Positions 14,380 to 26,765 of a DNA stretch of 64,000 nt are shown here, piece by piece (position 1 is the stretch's first letter; every line of letters begins with the position of its first letter). The notes beneath the pieces are model-generated. The model ran no database searches. It was not told the origin of the DNA and saw only the letters and a list, made by a program, of their open reading frames with translations. Position numbers and translations under genes: made by a program. Source of the DNA: Eledone cirrhosa (taxonomy: Eukaryota); the NCBI GenBank assembly GCA_964016885.1, contig OZ024740.1, positions 271,126,001 through 271,190,000 on the forward strand, written 5' to 3'.

Positions 14380-14837
14380 ACAGCGCTGCGATCGAATGTG
14401 GCTTTTTATCCCAGCCAATGATCTAAAATGTCTTGCACAGAGTCGGCAACCAAAACATTAACTGGGAATAGCCGGCTGTGGTTGGAGTTCATGTACTTTT
14501 GCATGTCGTTTGAGCCCTCCTGCTGATTTACATTCTCTACCACATGTTTGGCAAGTATATGAGTAGCATCTCCAACAGCAGCCTGGTAGTCAACCACTGG
14601 TCTTACTTTATGACTGCGAAGATGACTTTCGAGTCCAGCTTTGCTTAGGCAGAATCTCGCACAGACGCTGTATGTCAGTACCATAGGAGGACCCTCGCCC
14701 TCTGGAAGTGCAACAGTAATGCCCTTCCTCACATCCCGCTTTACTTTCTCGTATGCGATTCGAGATGCCTCAAAGGCAACTTTTCCCTCATATACAGTCT
14801 TTCCCCATTTATTACGGTCAGCAGCAACATTGATGAC
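14380..14837 (-). mobile_element. 3' fragment of an RTE-like LINE ORF with three C2H2 fingers
   Basis: AADRNKWGKTVYEGKVAFE..., VCARFCLSKAGLESHLRSH, CQTCGRECKSAGGLKRHAKVH, CRLCARHFRSLAGIKSHIRS (frameshifted); starts at a TACA array. Confidence 0.72.
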
Positions 14838-15012
14838 ATACATACATACATGACACGCATACATACATACATGATATAATGATATGGGACAGGGAAAAGA
14901 AGGCATGCACAGATGACATACATACATACATACATACATACATACATACATACATACATACATACATACATACATACATACATACAGACATACAGACAGA
15001 CAGACAGACAGA

Positions 15013-17310
15013 CGAAACCAAACATCAGTCTATAGAGATATGAAGGGCAAAATAATTGTTTCTACTTTAGGCACAAGGCCAGCAATTACCCAGTGCATTA
15101 CTGGTACTTTATTTTATCGACCCCGTAAGAATGAAAGGCAAAGTCAACCTCGGCGGGATTTGAACTCAGATCGTAAAGGGACGTAACTATGCTGGAAAGC
15201 ATGGCGTCCGACCCTCTACCGATACTGCCAATCCACCGCTGAAGGGCAAAATAATAAGTGTCACTGAGGCCCCATCCCAGAAAGACATAGATTCCTTTTG
15301 GAGAAAGATATGGGGTGAAAAGAAGAATTTCAACCAAGATGCAGTGTGGCTAAGAGAAATCCGAAAGAACTATTGTTCCTACACTACAACAAAAACATTC
15401 GAAATAAGTGAGGGTACCCGTAAGACTGTGATAGGAAAACTCCAAGATAAGAAAACACTAGGAAGTGACATGATTGTCGGCTACTGGTACAAAAAACTGA
15501 TATTCTAACCAACAAGTTCTTAAGGGAGATACACTTATACCAGAATGGTTGACATTAGCACAAACATTACTGGCCCCCAAGAACAAAGACACCAACTTGG
15601 CAAAAAACCACCGACCCATTGCATGCCAGAACCTGATGTATAAGATGTATACAGCCTGCCTGAACGTATTCCTCCAAGATCACTGTGAACAAGCAGCTGG
15701 AAAGAAAGGGGCTTGGGGATGTGCTGAACAACTCCTAATCAACAAAACTGCGATGTCGGAGGTGCGACAACTTAGAAGGAATATGACTACAGTCTCCTAA
15801 GGTTAAAGACAGAGAGGGAGGACTCTATTTTCACTGATAAAATAAAATATTGCAGGGGTATAAAATATTGCAGGGGGACAGTCTCTCTGTGTTATTATTC
15901 ATCTTGTCATTAAGCCCCTTGTCCTTTCTGCTCAAGAAATGTGAGGGATACATCATTGGCTCACAGGAGGACAGAAATACGAACCTAACCCATGATTTCT
16001 TTGTGTACGATCTGAAACTCTATGCCAAGAACATGGATGGGATGAAGAAAAATCTTGACCTGGTTACAACGTTCTAAAAGGATATAGAAATGGAGTTTGG
16101 CCAAGATAAATGCTCATACATGACTGTAAAGCAGGGAGAAACAACAATCCAATCTAGCAACATTGTCATCAATGGCCTAACTGTTTCACCGATAGCTGAT
16201 GAGGACTGCTACAGATACCCGGGGATAGATGAGAACATATCCTATAATGGTATCTGTAATAAAGAACCCGTAACCTGGGAATACTACACCCGATTAAGAA
16301 AGATATGGTCATCGGAACTCTCTGCGCAAAACAAAACAGTGGCTCACAATGTGTTTGCTGTGCCTGTCCTAACACCAACGTTTGGAATACTCAATTGAAC
16401 GATAGACGAAATCCGAGCAGTTGATGTTGGAACTCGAAAAATACTGAACAACACCGGAAACTTCCACATCAACAATGACATAGACCGCCTTTACTTGAAA
16501 CGTAAGCAGGGAGGCGGAGGCCTAACATCAGTCCAGACAACATTTGAATGTCGCATCATATCTCTCCGACAACATCTACGAACTTCGAAGCGTAGGAGCC
16601 CGTTTCTCGAGCAAGTCTATCTGCATGAAACAGATAAGATCATGAGAGTTGGAAAGGAACTCCTTGAGAGATATTCCCTGTGTGATAATCAAAAACTCAC
16701 ACCCAGGGATGTCGCTCAGCAGTATCGCAGTGAATCCATGGATGAAAAACTGCATGCCTAGCCTATCAGCAAAATATCATGCATGGATATGTTGTCAGGA
16801 AGCTCCAGAGTGAGACTAGTATAGATAAGGAAAGTAGTCTATCTTGGACCAACAACCGCTATACTGGCTCCCACTTTGAAGGATACGCTTTTGCAATCCA
16901 AGAACAGGAGATTAGCACGAAATACCTGATTCACAAAAGAGATAGGGATGCAGGCAAAACACCTAGATGTGATAACAAGTGCAGACTCTGCAGAACTAAC
17001 ATATGTCATCAGCAGCTGTCCAAAGATGTCATCGCGGTACTATCTACCTATGAGGCATGATGTAGTGGCCAAAACACTGTACAATGCAGTTCGTAAAAAA
17101 GATAGCCCCGATAATAAACACATTAAAAGCTACAACAATGTGGAAGACATCCATGTACATAATATGAAAGAGTACTGGTGGAATGTTCCAGTAAAAACCC
17201 CAATCAAGTGCAGGCATAATAGACCAGATATTATGATATGGGACAGGGAGAAGAAAACATGCACAGTAGTGGAAATTAGCTGCCCAGCAGATACCAATAT
17301 AATATCAAAG
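15013..17310 (+). mobile_element. Decayed Dong/R4-like element, family B, with nested SINE
   Basis: Frameshifted fragments NHRPIACQNLMYK, ILQGDSLS, FFVYDLKLY, CRLC, MRHD, HNRPDIMIWD...VVEISCP, collinear with the family A ORF. Confidence 0.9.
15053..15239 (-). mobile_element. tRNA-derived SINE (octopus OR/OK-like), main family
   Basis: A-box-like TGGCAGTATCGGTAG, B-box GAGTTCAAATCCC; TSD TGAAGGGCAAAATAAT (15041-15056/15240-15255). Confidence 0.9.
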
Positions 17311-18128
17311 AACGAGTGTGACTTTTTAGTCCAGCCAGCGACTTGAAAACTCTGGTACAAATACTACACTTGTGACAATTATTGACACATTGTGCTGGGC
17401 CCATGGTACCATGTCACGACAAGTGCAGAGAGATCTCCAGATATAAAGCAATGCCTGTGCCGTGAAGCTTTTATAGTGAGCAAAGGCACTGCACAAAGCC
17501 AGTCCCACTCTCTTAACCAAGAGAGTGGGACTGACATACATGCATACATACATGGTGGCTGCCAACTCGTTTTCGAGTACGGCCACTACTTTATATCCAT
17601 GTAGGAGAACCCCTACCGATGCGCTGAACAAGTGTGACTTTTTAGTCCAGCCAGCGACTTGAAAACTCTGGTACAAACACTACACTTGTGACAATTATTG
17701 ACACATAATGCTGGGCCCATGGTACCATGTGACGACAAGTGCAGAGAGATCTCCAGATATAAAGCAATGCCTGTGCCGTGAAGCTTTTATGGTGAGCAAA
17801 GGCACTGCACAAAGCCAGTCCCACTCTCTTAACCAAGATGATATTTACCAAAAAGAAGAACAAGTCAACATCATTGGATACCATCAGGGTTGCAGGTGTT
17901 ATATCAGAATTTTCCTTCTCCTAGAATTCTGCCTTGACAAAGGCTAAGGGGTCATCTCTCCCGGTGATTTTGGATGGCCATTGACTCTTAAGAGCTCCTT
18001 TGCCCTTTGACAGGTTTTGTTTTTAGTCCTGCAGGATGTCCAAAATCACCCTCCTCACCAAGAAACCTTGGTGGAGTTGCCAGTTTAGTCGCCAACGACC
18101 CGACCATGAGACAGGTTGTACTGGGATA
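17311..18128 (-). mobile_element. Non-autonomous RTE-derived element: copy 17552-18128 plus partial copy 17311-17522
   Basis: Same sequence as 1275-1821; the two copies are separated by a short TACA tract. Confidence 0.78.
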
Positions 18129-18190
18129 CATACATACATACATACATACATACATACATACATACATACATACATACATACATACATACA

Positions 18191-18220
<30 letters not shown>

Positions 18221-18222
<2 letters not shown>

Positions 18223-21097
18223 ACACACATCTAAAACCACGCAATCAAGATACAAACAGAAAGCCTGAACCAGCGTGGATGCGAAATTTAAAAACCAGAA
18301 TTTTGTCCCTGAGACGAAGTATCTCACACATCGCAGTCGTTATGAAATGCAACATAGAGAGCAACTTCACACAACACCAGGAAGACCTAAAGAAAAAGTT
18401 AGAGAGAAGATTTGGAGATACAAAATTTAAAACTTTGAACTCCAAATTACACCAGTTGAAACAACAACTCACAGCTACAACAGAAAGACTAAAATATAAG
18501 TCAACAGCACATAAACGACAAGTGCTAAATAGATTGTTTGCCAGAGATCCTAAATCAGTTTATCGCAGCTTCGGTGGCAAAAGCTCAATCTCTGTAAATG
18601 ACACCCCTTCAAAAGAACAGGTTGAGAGCTACTGGAGATCTGTATGGGAAACGGATGACGGATTCAACAGACAAGCTAATTGGCTAAAAGAACTGGAACA
18701 GGACTACTGCCAACATGTCCAGACAAAACAATATGACATAGATGGGTCAATACTGGAAACAGCTCTACAGAAAATGTCGAATAGGAAATCGCCAGGCCCA
18801 GACCTCATTACAGGATACTGGTTGAAGAATTTCACTTTCTATCGGCAAGATCTCATACGGCTGTTTACAGAAACCATTAAGGGCACACAAGAACTGCCCA
18901 GATGGTTATCAACTGCCTCTACTCTCCTCATTCCCAAAAATAGCCAAACCACCCTTGCTAAAAATTACCGCCCAATTGCCTGCCAAAACATCATGTATAA
19001 ATTATATACTGGGTGCCTTAACCTGTTCTTACAGGATCACTGTGCTACCAACAACAACATAACACCTGAGCAAGCTGGTGGAAAGAGGGAGGTGTGGGGT
19101 TGCATAGATCACCTACTAACTAACAAAATGATTCAGGAAAAAACAACAAAGAATCGCAGAAACATGACTGTCGTGTGGCTGGACTATCAAAAAGCATTTG
19201 ATAGTGTACCTCATGGGTGGATTGTTAAGGCTTTACAGTTAGCTAAAGTCCCACAACCATTGGTAGCTGCTGTTGAACGCCTGACCAAGAACTGGTACAC
19301 CAGTTTGATCCTTAGAGGTGAGAAGGAGCAGGTTAAGACTGATAAGATACATTACCAGAAGGGCATCTTTCAGGGTGATAGCTTGTCAGTGCTACTCTTC
19401 GTTCTCTCACTGAATCCACTATCTTACCTACTCAGGAAACAAGGTCGACAAAGAAGTGGGACCAAAAGTATCTCCCATCTTTTCTTTGTTGATGACCTGA
19501 AGTTGTATGGGCCAAATATCAATGACATCAAGAAACAATTGGACCTCATTACACAATTTTCAACCGACATCAAAATGAAATTTGGTGAGTCCAAGTGTGC
19601 ATATTTGGCAGTAAAACGTGGAAGAGCTGTGCCCTCCTCTAGAAATCTAGAGATGAACGGCCTGACAATACAACCTCTGCAGTCAGGTGACAACTACAGA
19701 TATCTTGGACAGGATGAGAATGTCAGATATGATGGACCCATAAATAAGGAGAGAACCAGAACTGAATACCTCAGAAGAGTAAAGAAAATATGGTCATCAG
19801 AACTGTCAGCATACAACAAATACATTGCCCACAATACTTATGCTGTGCCAATTCTAACGCCAACATTTGGCCTACTGAACTGGTCATTGCAAGAACTAAG
19901 TGAGATGGATGTTAGAACTCGAAAACTTCTCAGTGTTACTGGGAACTTTAACATCAATGGTGATGTGGATAGGCTATACTTCTCACGCAAGGAAGGTGGC
20001 CGGGGTCTAAAATCAATATTAACAACATATGAGACCCGGATAGTGACACTGAAGCAACACCTTCAACAGAGGAAAAAGGTTGGCAACCGTCTTGCCCAGG
20101 TTTATGACCATGAAAAAAGAAATATCATTAGAATAGCGACTGATCTGGAGGAGAGATATGGAATAAAGCCCGATATAAATCTCTCACCCAGAGAAATCGG
20201 AAGATCCTATTCAATGTTCAAACAAGAAAAAAAAATTGACCAATTTACAGAAAAAGTTGTGCATGGATACTTGAGGCGTAAAACACAGACCATAGAGGGG
20301 ATAAACCACTCAAAAAGCCTGGCATGGAGTTCCGACAAGTTTATGACATCACACCTTGAGGGATATCTCTATGCAATACAGGAACAAGAACTCCCTACCA
20401 AATATCTGCTGCACAAAAGAGGAGGGCCAGCAGCTGACAATAAATGTAGGCTATGTAAAACAAAGATCGAGGATGTAAGCCACATTGTTGCCAGCTGCGA
20501 AAGAATGTCATCTCGCTACTACCTCCCCATGAGACACGATGGGATAGCTAGAACCATCTGGAACGCACTTCGGAAAACAAAATCAACAACAAACGAGGAA
20601 GAATATATTGAGACAGATGGCACTAAGGAATACTGGTGGAACCTGAAAATAAAAACTGCCACCAAATTAAAGCACAACCGGCCTGATATTGTAGTTTGGG
20701 ACCACACATTGAAAACGTGTTCTGTTGTGGAGATCAGCTGCCCACTTGATGTAAACGTTGTCAGAAAAATACAGGAGAAGGAGGACATCTACGGACCATT
20801 GATGAGGAGTTTACAAATCCAGTATCCAAGATACACCTTTAGCTTCATACCCATCATTATTGGTGCTACGGGTTATATACCAACCCGCTTGGACCAAAGT
20901 ATGACTGAACTTGGATTTGCGGACAAAAAGCGCAGCTCCCTAATTCATAGTCTACAAATGGCTGCGATAGCTGGCACCTTCAAAATTTGCAAAACATTCT
21001 TGCGATTCAAGGGATGACAATTTCTTTTCTTTTACAACCTTGCCACCAGGAAGGTGACCGGTCAAAAAATATACTCAAAATTAAGAGAAAGAGAAAA
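18221..21097 (+). mobile_element. Dong/R4-like RLE non-LTR retrotransposon, family A; 5'-truncated, ORF uninterrupted to stop at 21017
   Basis: NYRPIAC, WLDYQKAFDSVPH, GIFQGDSLS, HLFFVDDLKLY (RT); CRLC...SHIVASC (CCHC); RHD; HNRPDIVVWD...VVEISCP...KEDIY (RLE). ~80-nt 3' UTR; (TACA)n on both sides. Confidence 0.92.
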
Positions 21098-21147
21098 CAT
21101 ACATACATACATACATACATACATACATACATACATACATACATACA

Positions 21148-21180
<33 letters not shown>

Positions 21181-21795
21181 TAGGTAGCCACTGATCTAAT
21201 AAATAAAAAATGAATGGCGTTCAATGCTAGGTAGTTTTGCCAAGATATCTGCTTTACTGATATCGAGTGTAGCAAGACTGTTTTCACCAATTTCTAGAGG
21301 AGATAAAATAGCTAAAGTTCACTCAAAGTTTTCTCAAATAACATAATACATTACATAAAGTTTCGTATCCAAAAGATGTTCGTGACTAAAATAACTTTGA
21401 TGATAGGCCTGCTAAATCACCTTTGAGCCAACCAGAATGCTTTGAACTGCTAGAAATAACAATCAAATCATCAAATATATTATATTTCCTTATAAGTAAT
21501 TTAATAGATGGATAGATGTGATTCAGGCTTACTATAAGGACGATGTAGGGATGGGAAATGTCTTCCAAGTCAAACTGTTTGAAACTGTATTGAATATATA
21601 GCTGCTCTAATCCACAATTATCAATGGTTGGCCATTTAAGGAAGGTTTACCATAGGAAGTATGTGGTAATAATGGTGGTGCTACAACATGACCATAGCCC
21701 TGAAAAGTTGGAACAGGTAAAATAAAATAAAAGAGCAATTTATCCTAATTTATACCTTCACTAACATTCATATCCATTTTTTCTTAATCTTGCAG

Positions 21796-21819
21796 GAAAT
21801 CGAACAATTGGCGATAGAG
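21796..21819 (+). CDS. 24-nt linker microexon (GNRTIGDR)
   Basis: TTTTTTCTTAATCTTGCAG acceptor, GTAAGT donor, phase 1-1. Confidence 0.8.
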
Positions 21820-21990
21820 GTAAGTTAAACGTTGAAATTTCCAGAATCCTCTCCCTTGCCCCTTTTGGGAGTCACTTTTTATTAAGGCTTTTAATTTTCT
21901 TCATATTATGGTCACCATAAGAGTGTCTATGCCATCATATACATCCCTATGATGAGCCACACACTATATATATATATATATAATCTGTAT

Positions 21991-22049
<59 letters not shown>

Positions 22050-22055
22050 CTGTAT

Positions 22056-22100
<45 letters not shown>

Positions 22101-22119
22101 CTGTATACACACACATACA

Positions 22120-22172
<53 letters not shown>

Positions 22173-22173
22173 A

Positions 22174-22259
<86 letters not shown>

Positions 22260-22609
22260 TTGCGAGATTTCTAATCTGAAAATGTGTGTTGAAACAGAAA
22301 TTGTTATACTTTGGGAGGGTCATGCGGCCATTAAAAACACACGCACCTGATCATTTTCACTTCAATTTATTATACATTTCCGGTTGGTTGGTTGGTTCAA
22401 TAACCGGATGGTTGTATATATGTTGTCAAAGCTCATTCGTCACACATTCCGTGGTCCCTTCAGTGACTGATTTCTTATTTTGTGTCTCTCCTTTGTTCTG
22501 TCCTACACCATCTTGTTTTTGTGTGTTGTGTGCTCTGTACACAGCACATTTACACACAAACACAAGATGGTGTATTACTATATATAAATACAAACAAAAT
22601 AAGATAATT

Positions 22610-22684
22610 ATTTCATTTACCAATGGTTTCACGAAGACAGACGAGCCTGGCACAGACGCCTGCCTTCAATCGTCAGAATGAAAT
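22610..22684 (-). ncRNA. Minimal type I hammerhead ribozyme (degenerate inverted copy on + strand 22688-22757)
   Basis: ATTTCATT-CTGACGA-12-bp stem II-GAAA-CCATTGG-TA-AATGAAAT. Confidence 0.8.
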
Positions 22685-22894
22685 TTAATTCCGACGATTG
22701 AAGGCAGGCGTCTGTGCCAGGCTCGTCTGTCTTCGTGAAACCATTGGTAAATGAAATAATTATCTTATGCTGTTTATTACATAACTAAAACGCTCTGTAG
22801 TCTACATAGAGCACTCTCTTTTCCTTCACCTTTCCTACGGAAATACTTCATATATATATATATATGTATATGTATGTATATATATATATATGTG

Positions 22895-22942
<48 letters not shown>

Positions 22943-22951
22943 ATATATATA

Positions 22952-23034
<83 letters not shown>

Positions 23035-23064
23035 AGATCAAAAGATGGTTAAAAGAGTTCCATG

Positions 23065-23135
23065 TATTTTATTATGCGCATTTCAAAAACAAATCTCATC
23101 ATGCAATAATATTTGCCTTTTCGTCAGATAAAATA
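23065..23135 (-). ncRNA. Minimal type I hammerhead ribozyme
   Basis: Inverted copy of 23240-23310 with intact core. Confidence 0.78.
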
Positions 23136-23239
23136 GGGAGACATGATATGAAGGTTAAAATACACTTGTGAATAGTGCATATGTTGATTTAAAACTGCAC
23201 TATTCACAAGTGTAATTTAACCTTCATATCATGTCTCCC

Positions 23240-23310
23240 TATTTTATCTGACGAAAATGCAAATGTTATTGCATGATGATATTTGTTTTTGAAATGCGCA
23301 TAATAAAATA
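23240..23310 (+). ncRNA. Minimal type I hammerhead ribozyme
   Basis: TATTTTAT-CTGACGA-stem II-GAAA-TGCGCA-TA-ATAAAATA; palindromic stem III. Confidence 0.8.
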
Positions 23311-23542
23311 CATGGAACTCTTTTAACCATCTTTTGATCTTATATATTATTTATACTCCAGTCCTACAAACTGTAGAGTGCTTCTTATCCGATATCTGCA
23401 TTGCTTTATTGTACTACAATAAAACTCCCCTCCTACATATATATAAATATATATATATACATATATATGTGTATATATATACATATATACATATATATAT
23501 ATATTATATATATACACACATATATATATGTATATATATATA

Positions 23543-23594
<52 letters not shown>

Positions 23595-23647
23595 ATATTA
23601 TAAAATAACAGGAGGCTGGACTGGTTTAAATTCTTGAAAGGTTTATT

Positions 23648-23705
23648 ATACTATGATCATTTCAATGTCCGGGTTCCGTATGAATCCGGTGATATCATCA
23701 GGTAT
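23648..23705 (-). ncRNA. Minimal type I hammerhead ribozyme
   Basis: Inverted copy of 23913-23970 with intact core. Confidence 0.75.
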
Positions 23706-23912
23706 TCGAAATATAACAAAGGAACATAACAGATAAAATCCATGGGGCTGAAAATCAAAGAAGTAGACCGAAGAAAATCTACTAGTAGACCGTCTAGCCA
23801 ACATTTGAGGGCGACTGACTGAGGTGAAAGCAGCTAGTTGGTCAGTCGTCCTCTTGTCTTTGATTTTCAGCCCCATGGATTTTATCTGTTATATTCCTTT
23901 GTTATATTTCGA

Positions 23913-23970
23913 ATACCTGATGATATCACCGGATTCATACGGAACCCGGTCATTGAAATGATCATAGTAT
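23913..23970 (+). ncRNA. Minimal type I hammerhead ribozyme
   Basis: ATAC-CTGATGA-..ACCGG..CCGGT..-GAAA-TGATCA-TA-GTAT; palindromic stem III. Confidence 0.78.
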
Positions 23971-24158
23971 AATAAACCTTTCAAGGATTTACACAAGTCC
24001 TGCCTCCTGTTATTTTATAATAATTAACTCCGTACTCGCACCACGAACTACACAAATGAAGACGGGTGAACTGCATTACGTTGAGTACTCTCCCTAATAT
24101 TACATCGAGATTGACCATACGGAATGACCAATTCCATCCAGTGGTGAACCAACAAACC

Positions 24159-24225
<67 letters not shown>

Positions 24226-24445
24226 TGTATGTATCAGACGATTTTCCGCACACATTCTGTATGCTCAATCTCAAAATCTCACGCACACACATATACACAT
24301 ATTATGAGATAAATAGTTTGCCAAAGGAGTGGTGCTAAGAGATCGAAAGCACATATTTGAGAAGTGAATTCCTGAGCCACACATATATTCAGACTATCTT
24401 TTTATATGTAGATAAACATAGAAATTCTTTCATTATTTGTTTCTT

Positions 24446-24636
24446 GGCGGTCGATTGGCAGTATCGGTAGAGGGTGGGACGCCATGCTTTGACGCATAGA
24501 GTTACGGCCCTTGCCATTCTGAGTTCAAATCCCGTCGAGGTTAACTTTGCCTTTCATCCTTATGGGGCCGATAAAATAAAGTACCAGTAATACACTGGGT
24601 AATTGATGGCCTTGTGCCAAAAGAGAAACAATTATA
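24446..24636 (+). mobile_element. Main-family SINE
   Basis: GGCGGTCGATTGGCAGTATCGGTAG...GAGTTCAAATCCC...GGCCTTGTGCC...AGAAACAATTAT. Confidence 0.88.
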
Positions 24637-24880
24637 TTATATGATACGGTACGGTACGGTACGATATTATATTATATAGGTATAGAAATCACCTAATATA
24701 ATATAATATAATATAATATAATATATATATATATGTATATATATATTATATTATATTATATTATATTATATTATATTAGGTGATTTCTATACCTATATAT
24801 TTCTATGCACATATATTACATTGTATTACATAAGGTCGCGCATACATACACATACACACACACACACATATGTATATACG

Positions 24881-24911
<31 letters not shown>

Positions 24912-25005
24912 AAATATATCCATATATAGGTATATATGTATATATATAAACCTATATATAAACATACATGCATGTATGTTTATATATATATAAATATATG
25001 CATAT

Positions 25006-25036
<31 letters not shown>

Positions 25037-25050
25037 CATAAATAAATAAA

Positions 25051-25098
<48 letters not shown>

Positions 25099-25242
25099 GC
25101 TAGGGTGTGTACATGTGTCGGCTATTGAATTAATAGATGAAATAGCATTGCGCAAGGCTGAAACTGGAAACTTTATTTTCAACGTAATTCATTTTATGTT
25201 TTGTTTTTGTCTTTTCACTTTGGTATATTTGCTGCACTCCAG

Positions 25243-25360
25243 TGCATTACTGTCTGTACAAAGGGAAGAAATATGCAACAGGAGAAACATGGAAGGATGG
25301 TTGTGAATACGAATGTTCATGCCTCGATGCATTGAGAGGCATATTTTCATGCTGGAATCG
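25243..25360 (+). CDS. vWC repeat 1, N-half
   Basis: HYCLYKGKKYATGETWKDGCEYECSCLDALRGIFSCWNR; CCAG/GTAAGT, phase 1-2. Confidence 0.92.
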
Positions 25361-25432
25361 GTAAGTTGTTCCATACTTCTGTATGCAGATCTTAAATTCA
25401 TGAACACACACTTAGACCTGCGCGCGCCAGGT

Positions 25433-25479
<47 letters not shown>

Positions 25480-25638
25480 GTACTTATAAACGTACACGCA
25501 CATACAATACGTTCATATATATACATCACACACATAGACACACGTAATCACATTTGTTTATATACGTACATATACACACACACACACACACGAACACACA
25601 TATATATGTGTGTGTGTGTGTATGTATATATATAATAC

Positions 25639-25701
<63 letters not shown>

Positions 25702-26639
25702 AATGAAGCAACGGAGTATATACATATATATACGCATATACGAGTATATACACATATATACGTATATACATATATATATACGCATATACATTTGTAAGAA
25801 CTCGTTCCTGAATATCTGTTTTACCGATTAAAAATCTGCATTCAATCGTGTTGAAATCAAAACGATTATGTTTAAATCTGTAAAAAATGATACAGTTTGA
25901 CTGCATAATTTATAACAATCTTGTTAAACAATACAACGGGATGTAGATATATGAATTACCGAACTGTTCTGTGAATCGTTTGAAATGCCGAAACGAAATA
26001 CCTGAAAGATATGCAATTGTGATAGCTTGTAAAATCAGCCGCAGTGTATTAAGAATTAAATAGTAGTGATTTTGCAATGCAGATTGTAAGATTAAACATT
26101 TAAATATATACAATTGGAATTTATGGCTGAGTGGAGTGTTAACTCACAAATTTAGTGTCTAAATATATTCCGCGCTTGCATCCCGCCACTCTGTAGTTCC
26201 AGTCTATGGTTAATACATTTAACTATCAAAACGTTACACTACTTAACTGTAACTAATATTCTGAAGATATGCAATTTTTTTTTTTTTTTAGTAAGTAACA
26301 GTTAACGCGCTTTTCAGTAATTCCCAATACTTTGCTGATATCATCTATTGGTTTAAGTGCAGTTAAAAGGATAACCCACCTGTGAATACTAGTTTCAATT
26401 ACGACTTGAACGTGATTTTTTTGTCAGTAGTTCTTCAACAATAACTGAATGTATTAAGGACCGATACAGTGCGGTAGATCCTACACCACTTGAATTGGTA
26501 TACCCCTAAATGAGTCGGATTAAAATGCCCCAATGTTCGTAGAGCTCTAATTTAAAATCCTTCCGAGTTTAACTTTGCATTTCAATATTTCTATGTCGAT
26601 AAATAAAGTACCAGTCCAGTAATTATACTAGGGTTGATT

Positions 26640-26687
<48 letters not shown>

Positions 26688-26703
26688 CTATCTCTCTCTC
26701 TCT

Positions 26704-26765
<62 letters not shown>

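Noticed and set aside
15013-18128. Segmental duplication with 47373-49347
   Set aside because: Different truncations and deletions and unrelated unique flanks favour independent insertions.
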